Origin: the human T2T-CHM13v2.0 reference genome, Homo sapiens
DNA: 64,000 nt
Direction: 5' to 3'
Assembly (NCBI GenBank): GCA_009914755.4
Contig: CP086569.2
Coordinates: forward strand, 54,112,001 to 54,176,000
The translations under genes were made by a program, and so were the position numbers. The notes beneath the pieces were generated by a model. It ran no database searches. It saw nothing but the letters and a program-made list of their open reading frames with translations, and was not told where the DNA came from. Shown here piece by piece: positions 41,529 to 55,773 of the stretch (the stretch's first letter is position 1; each line of letters starts with the position of its first letter).

Positions 41529-44500
41529 GGCCTGGAATAAAGTGGAATGCTACGGTCTCGAATGGAATAAAAATGTATGGAATGGAATGCAATGAAACGG
41601 AATCGAATGTCATAGAATGTAATGGAATGCAAAAAAATGGAATCCAAAATCATTGACTGGAAAGGCTGGGTGTCGAAAGGAATTGACTCCAATGGAATGG
41701 AATCGAATGGAATGGAAGTGAATAGAATCGAACTAAATCGAATGGAATGGAATTGATAGGAACGGAATGGAAAGGAATGCAATGATTTGGCACGGAATGG
41801 AATCGAATGGCATCGAATGGAATGGAATGGAATGCAATGGAATGGAACGTATTAGAATGTAATGAACTTTAATGGAATGTACTCGAATGGAATCGACTGG
41901 AATGGAATGTTCTGGAAGTGAATGGACTCCAATGGAATGGATTCAAAAGGAATGGAATCGTACGGAATGGAATCTAATGGAATGGAATTAAATGGAAATG
42001 AATCAAATTGAATAGCATGGAATTGAATTGAATGGAATCGAATGCAATGGAATCTAATGAAACGGAAAGGAAAGGAATGGAATGGAATGGAATGGGCTGG
42101 AATGGAAAGGAATCGAAACGAATGGAATGGAATCGAACTGAAGAGACTGGAATGGAATGCACTGGAATGGAAGGGAGTGTAATGGAAGGTTCTCGAAAAA
42201 AATTTAATCGAATGGAATGGAATTGAATGGAACGGAATAGAGTCGAATGGAATTGAATGGAATGGAATGGACTAGAGTGAAATGGAATCGAACCACAAGG
42301 AATGGACAGGAATAGAATGGTCTCGAATTGAATGGAATCGTATGGAATGGCATCAAACGGAATGGAATGGACAGCCACGGAATGGAATGCACTCGAATGC
42401 AATGGAGTCGAAACTAATGGACTGGAATAGAATGGACTCGACTGGTACGGACTCCAATGGAATGGAATCGAATGGAAGGGAATCGAACGGAATGGACTCG
42501 AAGGGAAAAGACTGCAATGGAAAGGTCTCGAATGGAATGGAAATAAATGGAATGGAATGGAATCGAATGAAATGGAGTCAAAAGGAATGGAATCGAATGG
42601 CAAGAAATCGAATGTAATGGAATCGCAAGGAATTGATGTGAACGGAACGGAATGGAATGGAATCCAAAGGAATGGAATAGAATGGAATGGAATCGAATGG
42701 AAAGGACTCGAATGGAAATCACTCGAATAGAATGCAATTTAATAAAATAGGACCAAATGTAATGGAATGGAATGGAAAGGAATCGAAACGAAAGGAATGG
42801 AGACAGATGGAATGGAATGGAACAGAGAGCAATGGTATAGAATGGAATGGAATCATCTGGAATGGAATTGAATGGAATGGAATAATATGAAATGGAATGG
42901 AATGGAATGGAATGGAATGCCCTTGAATTAAATGGACTGGAATGGAATGGACTCGAACAGAGTGGAATGGAAAGTGTTGAGATAGAATGGAATGGACTCG
43001 TTTGGAATGGTCTAGTAGGCAATGCAATCGACTGGCAGGGAATCAAAAGGAATGTAATCGAATGGATTGGACTGGAATGCAATGGACTCGAATAGATTGC
43101 AAACGGAATGCAAAGGAATGGAATGGAATAGTATGGAATGGAATGGAAAGGAATGGAGTGGAATAGACTAGAGTGGAATGGAATGGACTGGAAAGAAATG
43201 GACTGGAATGGAAATTTCTTGAATGGACAGGAATCAAACGGAATGGAATGCAATGCAATCAAATGGCATGAAATAAAATAGAATGAAAGAGAATCAAATG
43301 GAATTGAATCGAATGGAATCGAATGGATTGGAAAGGAATAGAATGGAATGGAATGGAATTGACTCAAATGGAATGGACTAGAATGGAATGGATTCGAATG
43401 GAAGGCAAACGAATGGAATCTATTGGAATGGACTGTAATGGAATGGAATGGAAGGGATTGGAATGGACTCGAATGGAATGGACTGCAATAGAAAGGATTC
43501 CAATGGAATGAAAAAGAATTGAATGGAATAGAACAGAATGGAATCAAATCGAATGAAATGGAATGGAATAGAAAGGAATGGAATGAAATGGAATGGAAAG
43601 GATTCGAATGGAATGCAATCGAATGGAATGGAATCGAACGGAATGGAATAAAATGGAAGAAAACTGGCAAGAAATGGAATCGAAATGAATGGAGTGTTAT
43701 GGAACGGACTCAAAAGGAATTGAATGTAATAGAATGGAGTGGAGTAGACTCGAATATAATGGACTGGAATGGAATGAAATCACATGGAATGGGAACGAAT
43801 GGAATGGAATGGAAAGGAATGGAATCGAATGGAAAGGAATCGAATGGAAGGGAATGAAATTGAATCAACAGGAATGGAAGGGAATAGAATAGACGGTAAT
43901 GGAATGGACTCGAATAGAATGGACACGAATGCTCAAATTGAATGGACTCGAATGGAATGGAAACGAAAGGAATGTCATCGAATGGAATTGAATCGATTGG
44001 AATGAAATCGCATAGAATGGAGTGGAATCAAATGGAATTGAATCGAAAGGAAAGGAAGCGAATGGACTGAAATGAAATGGAATGGAATTGAATGGAAAGT
44101 AATGCAATGGAATAGAATGGAACGAAATTTCACGGAATGGAATCAAACTGAATGGAATCAAATCAATGGAATCTAATCAAATGGAATGGAAAGGAATTGA
44201 ATGGAGTAGATTGGATTGGATGGGATTGGAATGAAATGTACTGGAAAGGACTCGAATTTCATGAAACGGAATGGAATGAATTGGAACGGAATGGACTCGA
44301 ATGGAATGGAATGTCATGGAATGGCATCAAATGGAATGGCATCAAATGGAATGGAATCGAATGCAATGGAATGCTATGGAATGGAATGGAATGCATTGGA
44401 ATGGAATGTCCTCTAATGGAATGGATTCGAGTGGAATGGCATCAAACATAATGGAGTCGAATGAAATGGAATTGAAAAGAATGGGATCGAATACAATGGA

Positions 44501-45092
44501 ATATACTGGAATGTAATGTAATGAACTCGAATGTAATTGACTGGAATGGAATGTACATGAATGGAATGTAATCGAATGGAAAGTAATCCAATGGAATAGA
44601 ATCTAATGCAATAAAATCGACACAAATAGAGTAGAATGTAATGGAATGGAGTGCAGTGCAATGGAATGGAATGGAATGGAATGCAATGGAATGGAATGGA
44701 ATGGAATGGAATGGAATGGAATGGAATGGGATGGAATGGTATGGAATGGATAGTAATGGACTGGAGTGAAATGGACTGGAAAGGAATGGACTCAAATTGA
44801 AAGGGCTCGAAAGGAATGGAGTCAAATGGAATGGTCTGGAATGGAATGAACACGAATGTAATGCAATCCAATAGAATGGAATCGAATGGCATGGAATATA
44901 AAGAAATGGAATCGAAGAGAATGGAAACAAATGGAATGGAATTGAATGGAATGGAATTGAATGGAATGGGAACGAATGGAGTGAAATTGTATGCAGTAGA
45001 AGGGAATAGAATGGAATGCAAGCGAAAGGAAAGGAATGGATTGGAATGGAATGGAATTCATTGGAATGGAAGGGAATGTAGTGTAATGGACA
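41529..45092 (+). repeat. HOR unit U12, 3564 bp (subfamily B). Its 3' boundary is a mutated HaeIII site.
   Basis: GGCC at 41529. The homologous site at 45093-45096 reads GGTC (caggtctgg). Confidence 0.85.
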
Positions 45093-45096
45093 GGTC
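45093..45096. other. Lost HaeIII site (GGCC to GGTC) at a unit boundary
   Basis: caggtctggaataaag at 45091-45106, versus caggcctggaataaag in the other 17 copies. Confidence 0.85.
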
Positions 45097-48000
45097 TGGA
45101 ATAAAGTGGAATGCTACGGTCTCGAATGGAATAAAAATGTATGGAATGGAATGCAATGAAACGGAATCGAATGTCATAGAATGTAATGGAATGCAAAAAA
45201 ATGGAATCCAAAATCATTGACTGGAAAGGCTGGGTGTCGAAAGGAATTGACTCCAATGGAATGGAATCGAATGGAATGGAAGTGAATAGAATCGAACTAA
45301 ATCGAATGGAATGGAATTGATAGGAACGGAATGGAAAGGAATGCAATGATTTGGCACGGAATGGAATCGAATGGCATCGAATGGAATGGAATGGAATGCA
45401 ATGGAATGGAACGTATTAGAATGTAATGAACTTTAATGGAATATACTCGAATGGATTCGACTGGAATGGAATGTTCTGGAAGTGAATGGACTCCAATGGA
45501 ATGGATTCAAAAGGAATGGAATCGTACGGAATGGAATCTAATGGAATGGAATTAAATATAAATGAATCAAATTGAATAGCATGGAATTGAATTGAATGGA
45601 ATGGAATGCAATGGAATCTAATGAAACGGAAAGGAAAGGAATGGAATGGAATGGAATGGGCTGGAATGGAAAGGAATCGAAACGAATGGAATGGAATCGA
45701 ACTGAAGAGACTGGAATGGAATGCACTGGAATGGAAGGGAGTGTAATGGAAGGTTCTCGAAAAAAATTTAATCGAATGGAATGGAATTGAATGGAACGGA
45801 ATAGAGTCGAATGGAATTGAATGGAATGGAATGGACTAGAGTGAAATGGAATCGAACCACAAGGAATGGACAGGAATAGAATGGTCTCGAATTGAATGGA
45901 ATCGTATGGAATGGCATCAAACGGAATGGAATGGACAGCCACGGAATGGAATGCACTCGAATGCAATGGAGTCGAAACTAATGGACTGGAATAGAATGGA
46001 CTCGACTGGTACGGACTCCAATGGAATGGAATCGAATGGAAGGGAATCGAACGGAATGGACTCGAAGGGAAAAGACTGCAATGGAAAGGTCTCGAATGGA
46101 ATGGAAATAAATGGAATGGAATGGAATCGAATGAAATGGAGTCAAAAGGAATGGAATCGAATGGCAAGAAATCGAATGTAATGGAATCGCAAGGAATTGA
46201 TGTGAACGGAACGGAATGGAATGGAATCCAAAGGAATGGAATAGAATGGAATGGAATCGAATGGAAAGGACTCGAATGGAAATCACTCGAATAGAATGCA
46301 ATTTAATAAAATAGGACCAAATGTAATGGAATGGAATGGAAAGGAATCGAAACGAAAGGAATGGAGACAGATGGAATGGAATGGAACAGAGAGCAATGGT
46401 ATAGAATGGAATGGAATCATCTGGAATGGAATTGAATGGAATGGAATAATATGAAATGGAATGGAATGGAATGGAATGGAATGCCCTTGAATTAAATGGA
46501 CTGGAATGGAATGGACTCGAACAGAGTGGAATGGAAAGTGTTGAGATAGAATGGAATGGACTCGTTTGGAATGGTCTAGTAGGCAATGCAATCGACTGGC
46601 AGGGAATCAAAAGGAATGTAATCGAATGGATTGGACTGGAATGCAATGGACTCGAATAGATTGCAAACGGAATGCAAAGGAATGGAATGGAATAGTATGG
46701 AATGGAATGGAAAGGAATGGAGTGGAATAGACTAGAGTGGAATGGAATGGACTGGAAAGAAATGGACTGGAATGGAAATTTCTTGAATGGACAGGAATCA
46801 AACGGAATGGAATGCAATGCAATCAAATGGCATGAAATAAAATAGAATGAAAGAGAATCAAATGGAATTGAATCGAATGGAATCGAATGGATTGGAAAGG
46901 AATAGAATGGAATGGAATGGAATTGACTCAAATGGAATGGACTAGAATGGAATGGATTCGAATGGAAGGCAAACGAATGGAATCTATTGGAATGGACTGT
47001 AATGGAATGGAATGGAAGGGATTGGAATGGACTCGAATGGAATGGACTGCAATAGAAAGGATTCGAATGGAATGAAAAAGAATTGAATGGAATAGAACAG
47101 AATGGAATCAAATCGAATGAAATGGAATGGAATAGAAAGGAATGGAATGAAATGGAATGGAAAGGATTCGAATGGAATGCAATCGAATGGAATGGAATCG
47201 AACGGAATGGAATAAAATGGAAGAAAACTGGCAAGAAATGGAATCGAAATGAATGGATGGTTATGGAACGGACTCAAAAGGAATTGAATGTAATAGAATG
47301 GAGTGGAGTAGACTCGAATATAATGGACTGGAATGGAATGAAATCACATGGAATGGGAACGAATGGAATGGAATGGAAAGGAATGGAATCGAATGGAAAG
47401 GAATCGAATGGAAGGGAATGAAATTGAATCAACAGGAATGGAAGGGAATAGAATAGACGGTAATGGAATGGACTCGAATTGAATGGACACGAATGCTCAA
47501 ATTGAATGGACTCGAATGGAATGGAAACGAAAGGAATGTCATCGAATGGAATTGAATCGATTGGAATGAAATCGCATAGAATGGAGTGGAATCAAATGGA
47601 ATTGAATCGAAAGGAAAGGAAGCGAATGGACTGAAATGAAATGGAATGGAATTGAATGGAAAGTAATGCAATGGAATAGAATGGAACGAAATTTCACGGA
47701 ATGGAATCAAACTGAATGGAATCAAATCAATGGAATCTAATCAAATGGAATGGAAAGGAATTGAATGGAGTAGATTGGATTGGATGGGATTGGAATGAAA
47801 TGTACTGGAAAGGACTCGAATTTCATGAAACGGAATGGAATGAATTGGAACGGAATGGACTCGAATGGAATGGAATGTCATGGAATGGCATCAAATGGAA
47901 TGGCATCAAATGGAATGGAATCGAATGCAATGGAATGCTATGGAATGGAATGGAATGCATTGGAATGGAATGTCCTCTAATGGAATGGATTCGAGTGGAA

Positions 48001-48656
48001 TGGCATCGAATATAATGGAGTCGAATGAAATGGAATTGAAAAGAATGGGATCGAATACAATGGAATATACTGGAATGTAATGTAATGAACTCGAATGTAA
48101 TTGACTGGAATGGAATGTACATGAATGGAATGTAATCGAATGGAAAGTAATCCAATGGAATAGAATCTAATGCAATAAAATCGACTCAAATAGAGTAGAA
48201 TGTAATGGAATGGAGTGCAGTGCAATGGAATGGAAAGGAATGGAATGCAATGGAATGGAATGGAATGGAATGGAATGGAATGGAATGGAATGGGATGGAA
48301 TGGTATGGAATGGATAGTAATGGACTGGAGTGAAATGGACTGGAAAGGAATGGACTCAAATTGAAAGGGCTCGAAAGGAATGGAGTCAAATGGAATGGTC
48401 TGGAATGGAATGAACACGAATGTAATGCAATCCAATAGAATGGAATCGAATGGCATGGAATATAAAGAAATGGAATCGAAGAGAATGGAAACAAATGGAA
48501 TGGAATTGAATGGAATGGAATTGAATGGAATGGGAACGAATGGAGTGAAATTGTATGCAGTAGAAGGGAATAGAATGGAATGCAAGAGAAAGGAAAGGAA
48601 TGGATTGGAATGGAATGGAATTCATTGGAATGGAAGGGAATGTAGTGTAATGGACA
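45093..48656 (+). repeat. HOR unit U13, 3564 bp (subfamily B; near-identical to U12)
   Basis: Mutated site GGTC at 45093 and GGCC at 48657. Shares aaaaaatttaatcg, ggcaaacgaatgg, ggacaggaatc, catgaaataaaatag and gtagactcg with U12 at an exact 3564-bp offset. Confidence 0.85.
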
Positions 48657-51600
48657 GGCCTGGAATAAAGTGGAATGCTACGGTCTCGAATGGAATAAAA
48701 ATGTATGGAATGGAATGCAATGAAACGGAATCGAATGTCATAGAATGTAATGGAATGCAACAAAATGGAATCCAAAATCATTGACTGGAAAGGCTGGGTG
48801 TCGAAAGGAATTGACTCCAATGGAATGGAATCGAATGGAATGGAAGTGAATAGAATCGAACTAAATCGAATGGAATGGAATTGATAGGAACGGAATGGAA
48901 AGGAATGCAATGATTTGGCATGGAATGGAATCGAATGGCATCGAATGGAATGGAATGGAATGCAATGGAATGGAATGTATTAGAATGTAATGAACTTTAA
49001 TGGAATGTACTCGAATGGATTCGACTGGAATGGAATGTTCTGGAAGTGAATGGACTCCAATGGAATGGATTCAAAAGGAATGGAATCGTACGGAATGGAA
49101 TCCAATGGGATGGAATTAAATGGAAATGAATCAAATTGAATAGCACGGAATTGAATTGAATGGAATGGAATGCAATGGAATCTAATGAAACGGAAAGGAA
49201 AGGAATGGAATGGAATGGAATGGGCTGGAATGGAAAGGAATCGAAACGAATGGAATGGAATCGAACTGAAGAGACTGGAATGGAATGCACTGGAATGGAA
49301 GGGAGTGTAATGGAAGGTTCTCGAAAAAAATGGAATCGAATGGAATGGAATTGAATGGAACGGAATAGAGTCGAATGGAATTGAATGGAATGGAATGGAC
49401 TAGAGTGAAATGGAATCGAACCACAAGGAATGGACAGGAATAGAATGGTCTCGAATTGAATGGAATCGTATGGAATGGCATCAAACGGAATGGAATGGAC
49501 AGCCACGGAATGGAATGCACTCGAATGCAATGGAGTCGAAACTAATGGACTGGAGTAGAATGGACTCGACTGGTACGGACTCCAATGGAATGGAATCGAA
49601 TGGAAGGGAATCGAACGGAATGGACTCGAAGGGAAAAGACTGCAATGGAAAGGTCTCGAATGGAATGGAAATTAATGGAATGGAATGGAATCGACTGAAA
49701 TGGAGTCAAAAGGAATGGAATCGAATGGCAAGAAATCGAATGTAATGGAATCGCAAGGAATTGATGTGAACGGAACGGAATGGAATGGAATCCAAAGGAA
49801 TGGAATAGAATGGAATGGAATCGAATGGAAAGGACTCGAATGGAAATCACTCGAATAGAATGCAATTTAATAAAATAGGATCAAATGTAATGGAATGGAA
49901 TGGAAAGGAATCGAAACGAAAGGAATGGAGACAGATGGAATGGAATGGAACAGAGAGCAATGGTATAGAATGGAATGGAATCATCTGGAATGGAATTGAA
50001 TGGAATGGAATAATATGAAATGGAATGGAATGGAATGGAATGGAATGCCCTTGAATTAAATGGACTAGAATGGAATGGACTCGAACAGAGTGGAATGGAA
50101 AGTGTTGAGATAGAATGGAATGGACTCCTTTGGAATGGTGTAGTATGCAATGCAATCGACTGGCAGGGAATCAAAAGGAATGTAATGGAATGGATTGGAC
50201 TGGAATGCAATGGACTCGAATAGATTGGAAACGGAATGCAAAGGAATGGAATGGAATAGTATGGAATGGAATGGAAAGGAATGGAGTGGAATAGACTAGA
50301 GTGGAATGGAATGGACTGGAAAGCAATGGACTGGAATGGAACTTTCTTGAATGGACTGGAATCAAACGGAATGGAATGCAATGCAATCAAATGGCATGGA
50401 ATAAAATAGAATGAAAGAGAATCAAATGGAATTGAATCGAATGGAATCTAATGGATTGGAAAGGAATAGAATGGAATGGAATGGAATTGACTCAAATGGA
50501 ATGGACTAGAATGGAATGGATTCGAATGGAAGGCAAAGGAATGGAATCTATTGGAATGGACTGTAATGGAATGGAATGGAAGGGATTGGAATGGACTCGA
50601 ATGGAATGGACTGCAATAGAAAGGATTCGAATGGAATGAAAAAGAATTGAATGGAATAGAACAGAATGGAATCAAATCGAATGAAATGGAATGGAATAGA
50701 AAGGAATGGAATGAAATGGAATGGAAAGGATTCGAATGGAATGCAATCGAATGGAATGGAATCGAACGGAATGGAATAAAATGGAAGAAAACTGGCAAGA
50801 AATGGAATCGAAATGAATGGAGTGTTATGGAACGGACTCAAAAGGAATTGAATGTAATAGAATGGAGTGGAGTGGACTCGAATATAATGGACTGGAATGG
50901 AATGAAATCACATGGAATGGGAACGAATGGAATGGAATGGAAAGGAATGGAATCGAATGGAAAGGAATCGAATGGAAGGGAATGCAATTGAATCAACAGG
51001 AATGGAAGGGAATAGAATAGACGGTAATGGAATGGACTTGAATAGAATGGACACGAATGCTCAAATTGAATGGACTCGAATGGAATGGAAACGAAAGGAA
51101 TGTCATCGAATGGAATTGAATCGATTGGAATGAAATCGCATAGAATGGAGTGGAATCAAATGGAATTGAATCGAAAGGAAAGGAAGCGAATGGACTGAAA
51201 TGAAATGGAATGGAATTGAATGGAAAGTAATGCAATGGAATAGAATGGAACGAAATTTCACGGAATGGAATCAAACTGAATGGAATCAAATCAATGGAAT
51301 CAAATCAAATGGAATGGAAAGGAATTGAATGGAGTATATTGGATTGGATGGGATTGGAATGAAATGTACTGGAAAGGACTCGAATTTCATGAAACGGAAT
51401 GGAATGAATTAGAACGGAATGGACTCGAATGGAATGGAATGTCATGGAATGGCATCAAATGGAATGGCATCAAATGGAATGGAATAGAATGCAATGGAAT
51501 GCTAAGGAATGGAATGGAATGCATTGGAATGGAATGTCCTCTAATGGAATGGTTTCGAGTGGAATGGAATCGAATATAATGGAGTCGAATGAAATGGAAT

Positions 51601-52215
51601 TGGAAGGAATGGGATCGAATACAATGGAATATACTGGAATGTAATGTAATGAACTCGAATGTAATTGACTGGAATGGAATGTACATGAATGGAATGTAAT
51701 CGAATGGAAAGTAATCCAATGGAATAGAATCTAATGCAATAAAATCGACTCAGATAGAGTAGAATGTAATGGAATGGAGTGCAGTGCAATGGAATGGAAT
51801 GGAATGGAATGCAATGGAATGGAATGGAATGGAATGGAATGGAATGGAATGGGATGGAATGGTATGGAATGGACAGTAATGGACTGGAGTGAAATGGACT
51901 GGAAAGGAATGGACTCAAATTGAAAGGGCTCGAAAGGAATAGAGACAAATGGAATGGTCTGGAATGGAATGAACACGAATGTAATGCAATCCAATAGAAT
52001 GGAATCGAATGGCATGGAATATAAAGAAATGTAATCGAAGAGAATGGAAACAAATGGAATGGAATTGAATGGAATGGAATTGAATGGAATGGGAACGAAT
52101 GGAGTGAAATTGTATGCAGTAGAAGAGAATAGAATGGAATGCAAGCGAAAGGAAAGGAATGGATTAGAATGGAATGGAATTCATTGGAATGGAAGGGAAT
52201 GTAGTGTAATGGACA
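48657..52215 (+). repeat. HOR unit U14, 3559 bp
   Basis: GGCC at 48657 and 52216. Confidence 0.85.
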
Positions 52216-55200
52216 GGCCTGGAATAAAGTGGAATGCTACGGTCTCGAATGGAATAAAAATGTATGGAATGGAATGCAATGAAACGGAATCGAATGTCAT
52301 AGAATGTAATGGAATGCAACAAAATGGAATCCAAAATCATTGACTGGAAAGGCTGGGTGTCGAAAGGAATTGACTCCAATGGAATGGAATCGAATGGAAT
52401 GGAAGTGAATAGAATCGAACTAAATCGAATGGAATGGAATTGATAGGAACGGAATGGAAAGGAATGCAATGATTTGGCATGGAATGGAATCGAATGGCAT
52501 CGAATGGAATGGAATGGAATGCAATGGAATGGAATGTATTAGAATGTAATGAACTTTAATGGAATGTACTCGAATGGATTCGACTGGAATGGAATGTTCT
52601 GGAAGTGAATGGACTCCAATGGAATGGATTCAAAAGGAATGGAATCGTACGGAATGGAATCCAATGGGATGGAATTAAATGGAAATGAATCAAATTGAAT
52701 AGCACGGAATTGAATTGAATGGAATGGAATGCAATGGAATCTAATGAAACGGAAAGGAAAGGAATGGAATGGAATGGAATGGGCTGGAATGGAAAGGAAT
52801 CGAAACGAATGGAATGGAATCGAACTGAAGAGACTGGAATGGAATGCACTGGAATGGAAGGGAGTGTAATGGAAGGTTCTCGAAAAAAATGGAATCGAAT
52901 GGAATGGAATTGAATGGAACGGAATAGAGTCGAATGGAATTCAATGGAATGGAATGGACTAGAGTGAAATGGAATCGAACCACAAGGAATGGACAGGAAT
53001 AGAATGGTCTCGAATTGAATGGGATCGTATGGAATGGCATCAAACGGAATGGAATGGACAGCCACGGAATGGAATGCACTCGAATGCAATGGAGTCGAAA
53101 CTAATGGACTGGAATAGAATGGACTCGACTGGTACGGACTCCAATGGAATGGAATCGAATGGAAGGGAATCGAACGGAATGGACTCGAAGGGAAAAGACT
53201 GCAATGGAAAGGTCTCGAATGGAATGGAAATTAATGGAATGGAATGGAATCGAATGAAATGGAGTCAAAAGGAATGGAATCGAATGGCAAGAAATCGAAT
53301 GTAATGGAATCGCAAGGAATTGATGTGAACGGAACGGAATGGAATGGAATCCAAAGGAATGGAATAGAATGGAATGGAATCGAATGGAAAGGACTCGAAT
53401 GGAAATCACTGGAATAGAATGCAATTTAATAAAATAGGATCAAATGTAATGGAATGGAATGGAAAGGAATCGAAATGAAAGGAATGGAGACAGATGGAAT
53501 GGAATGGAACAGAGAGCAATGGTATAGAATGGAATGGAATCATCTGGAATGGAATTGAATGGAGTGGAATAATATGAAATGGAATGGAATGGAATGGAAT
53601 GGAATGCCCTTGAATTAAATGGACTGGACTCGAACAGAGTGGAATGGAAAGTGTTGAGATAGAATGGAATGGACTCCTTTGGAATGGTGTAGTATGCAAT
53701 GCAATCGACTGGCATGGATTCAAAAGGAATGTAATGGAATGGATTGGACTGGAATGCAATGGACTCGAATAGATTGCAAACGGAATGCAAAGGAATGGAA
53801 TGGAATAGTATGGAATGGAATGGAAAGGAATGGAGTGGAATAGACTAGAGTGGAATGGAATGGACTGGAAAGCAATGGACTGGAATGGAACTTTCTTGAA
53901 TGGACTGGAATCAAACGGAATGGAATGCAATGCAATCAAATGGCATGGAATAAAATAGAATGAAAGAGAATCAAATGGAATTGAATCGAATGGAATCGAA
54001 TGGATTGGAAAGGAATAGAATGGAATGGAATGGAATTGACTCAAATGGAATGGACTAGAATGGAATGGATTCGAATGGAAGGCAAAGGAATGGAATCTAT
54101 TGGAATGGACTGTAATGGAATGGAATGGAAGGGATTGGAATGGACTCGAATGGAATGAACTGCAATAGAAAGATTCGAATGGAATGAAAAAGAATTGAAT
54201 GGAATAGAACAGAATGGAATCAAATCGAATGAAATGGAATGGAATAGAAAGGAATGGAATGAAATGGAATGGAAAGGATTCGAATGGAATGCAATCGAAT
54301 GGAATGGAATCGAACGGAATGGAATAAAATGGAAGAAAACAGGCAAGTAATGGAATCGAAAGGAATGGAGTGTTATGGAACGGACTCAAAAGGAATTGAA
54401 TGTAATAGAATGGAGTGGAGTGGACTCGAATATAATGGACTGGAATGGAATGAAATCACATGGAATGGGAACGAATGGAATGGAATGGAAAGGAATGGAA
54501 TCGAATGGAAAGGAATCGAATGGAAGGGAATGAAATTGAATCAACAGGAATGGAAGGGAATAGAATAGACGGTAATGGAATGGACTCGAATAGAATGCAC
54601 ACGAATGCTCAAATTGAATGGACTCGAATGGAATGGAAACGAAAGGAATGTCATCGAATGGAATTGAATCGATTGGAATGAAATCGCATAGAATGGAGTG
54701 GAATCAAATGGAATTGAATCGAAAGGAAAGGAAGCGAATGGACTGAAATGAAATGGAATGGAATTGAATGGAAAGTAATGCAATGGAATAGAATGGAACG
54801 AAATTTCACGGAATGGAATCAAACTGAATGGAATCAAATCAATGGAATCTAATCAAATGGAATGGAAAGGAATTGAATGGAGTAGATTGGATTGGATGGG
54901 ATTGGAATGAAATGTACTGGAAAGGACTCGAATTTCATGAAACGGAATGGAATGAATTGGAACGGAATGGACTCGAATGGAATGGAATGTCATGGAATGG
55001 CATCAAATGGAATGGCATCAAATGGAATGGAATCGAATGCAATGGAATGCTATGGAATGGAATGGAATGCATTGGAATGGAATGTCCTCTAATGGAATGG
55101 ATTCGAGTGGAATGGAATCGAATATAATGGAGTCGAATGAAATGGAATTGAAAGGAATGGGATCGAATACAATGGAATATACTGGAATGTAATGTAATGA

Positions 55201-55773
55201 ACTCGAATGTAATTGAATGGAATGGAATGTACATGAATGGAATGTAATCGAATGGAAAGTAATCCAATGGAATAGAATCTAATGCAATAAAATCGACTCA
55301 GATAGAGTAGAATGTAATGGAATGGAGTGCAGTGCAATGGAATGGAATGGAATGGAATGCAATTGAATGGAATGGAATGGAATGGAATGGAATGGAATGG
55401 AATGGAATGGGATGGAATGGTATGGAATGGATAGTAATGGACTGGAGTGAAATGGACTGGAAAGGAATGGACTCAAATTGAAAGGGCTCGAAAGGAATGG
55501 AGTCAAATGGAATGGTCTGGAATGGAATGAACACGAATGTAATGCAATCCAATAGAATGGAATCGAATGGCATGGAATATAAAGAAATGGAATCGAAGAG
55601 AATGGAAACAAATGGAATGGAATTGAGTGGAATGGAATTGAATGGAATGGGAACGAATGGAATGAAATTGTATGCAGTAGAAGGGAATAGAATGGAATGC
55701 AAGCGAAAGGAAAGGAATGGATTGGAATGGAATGGAATTCATTGGAATGGAAGGGAATGTAGTGTAATGGACA
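52216..55773 (+). repeat. HOR unit U15, 3558 bp (contains a 10-bp deletion near 53625 and a 1-bp deletion near 54170)
   Basis: GGCC at 52216 and 55774. Has aaagattcgaatgg where other copies have aaaggattcgaatgg, and ttaaatggactggactcgaacag where other copies have ttaaatggactggaatggaatggactcgaacag. Confidence 0.85.
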
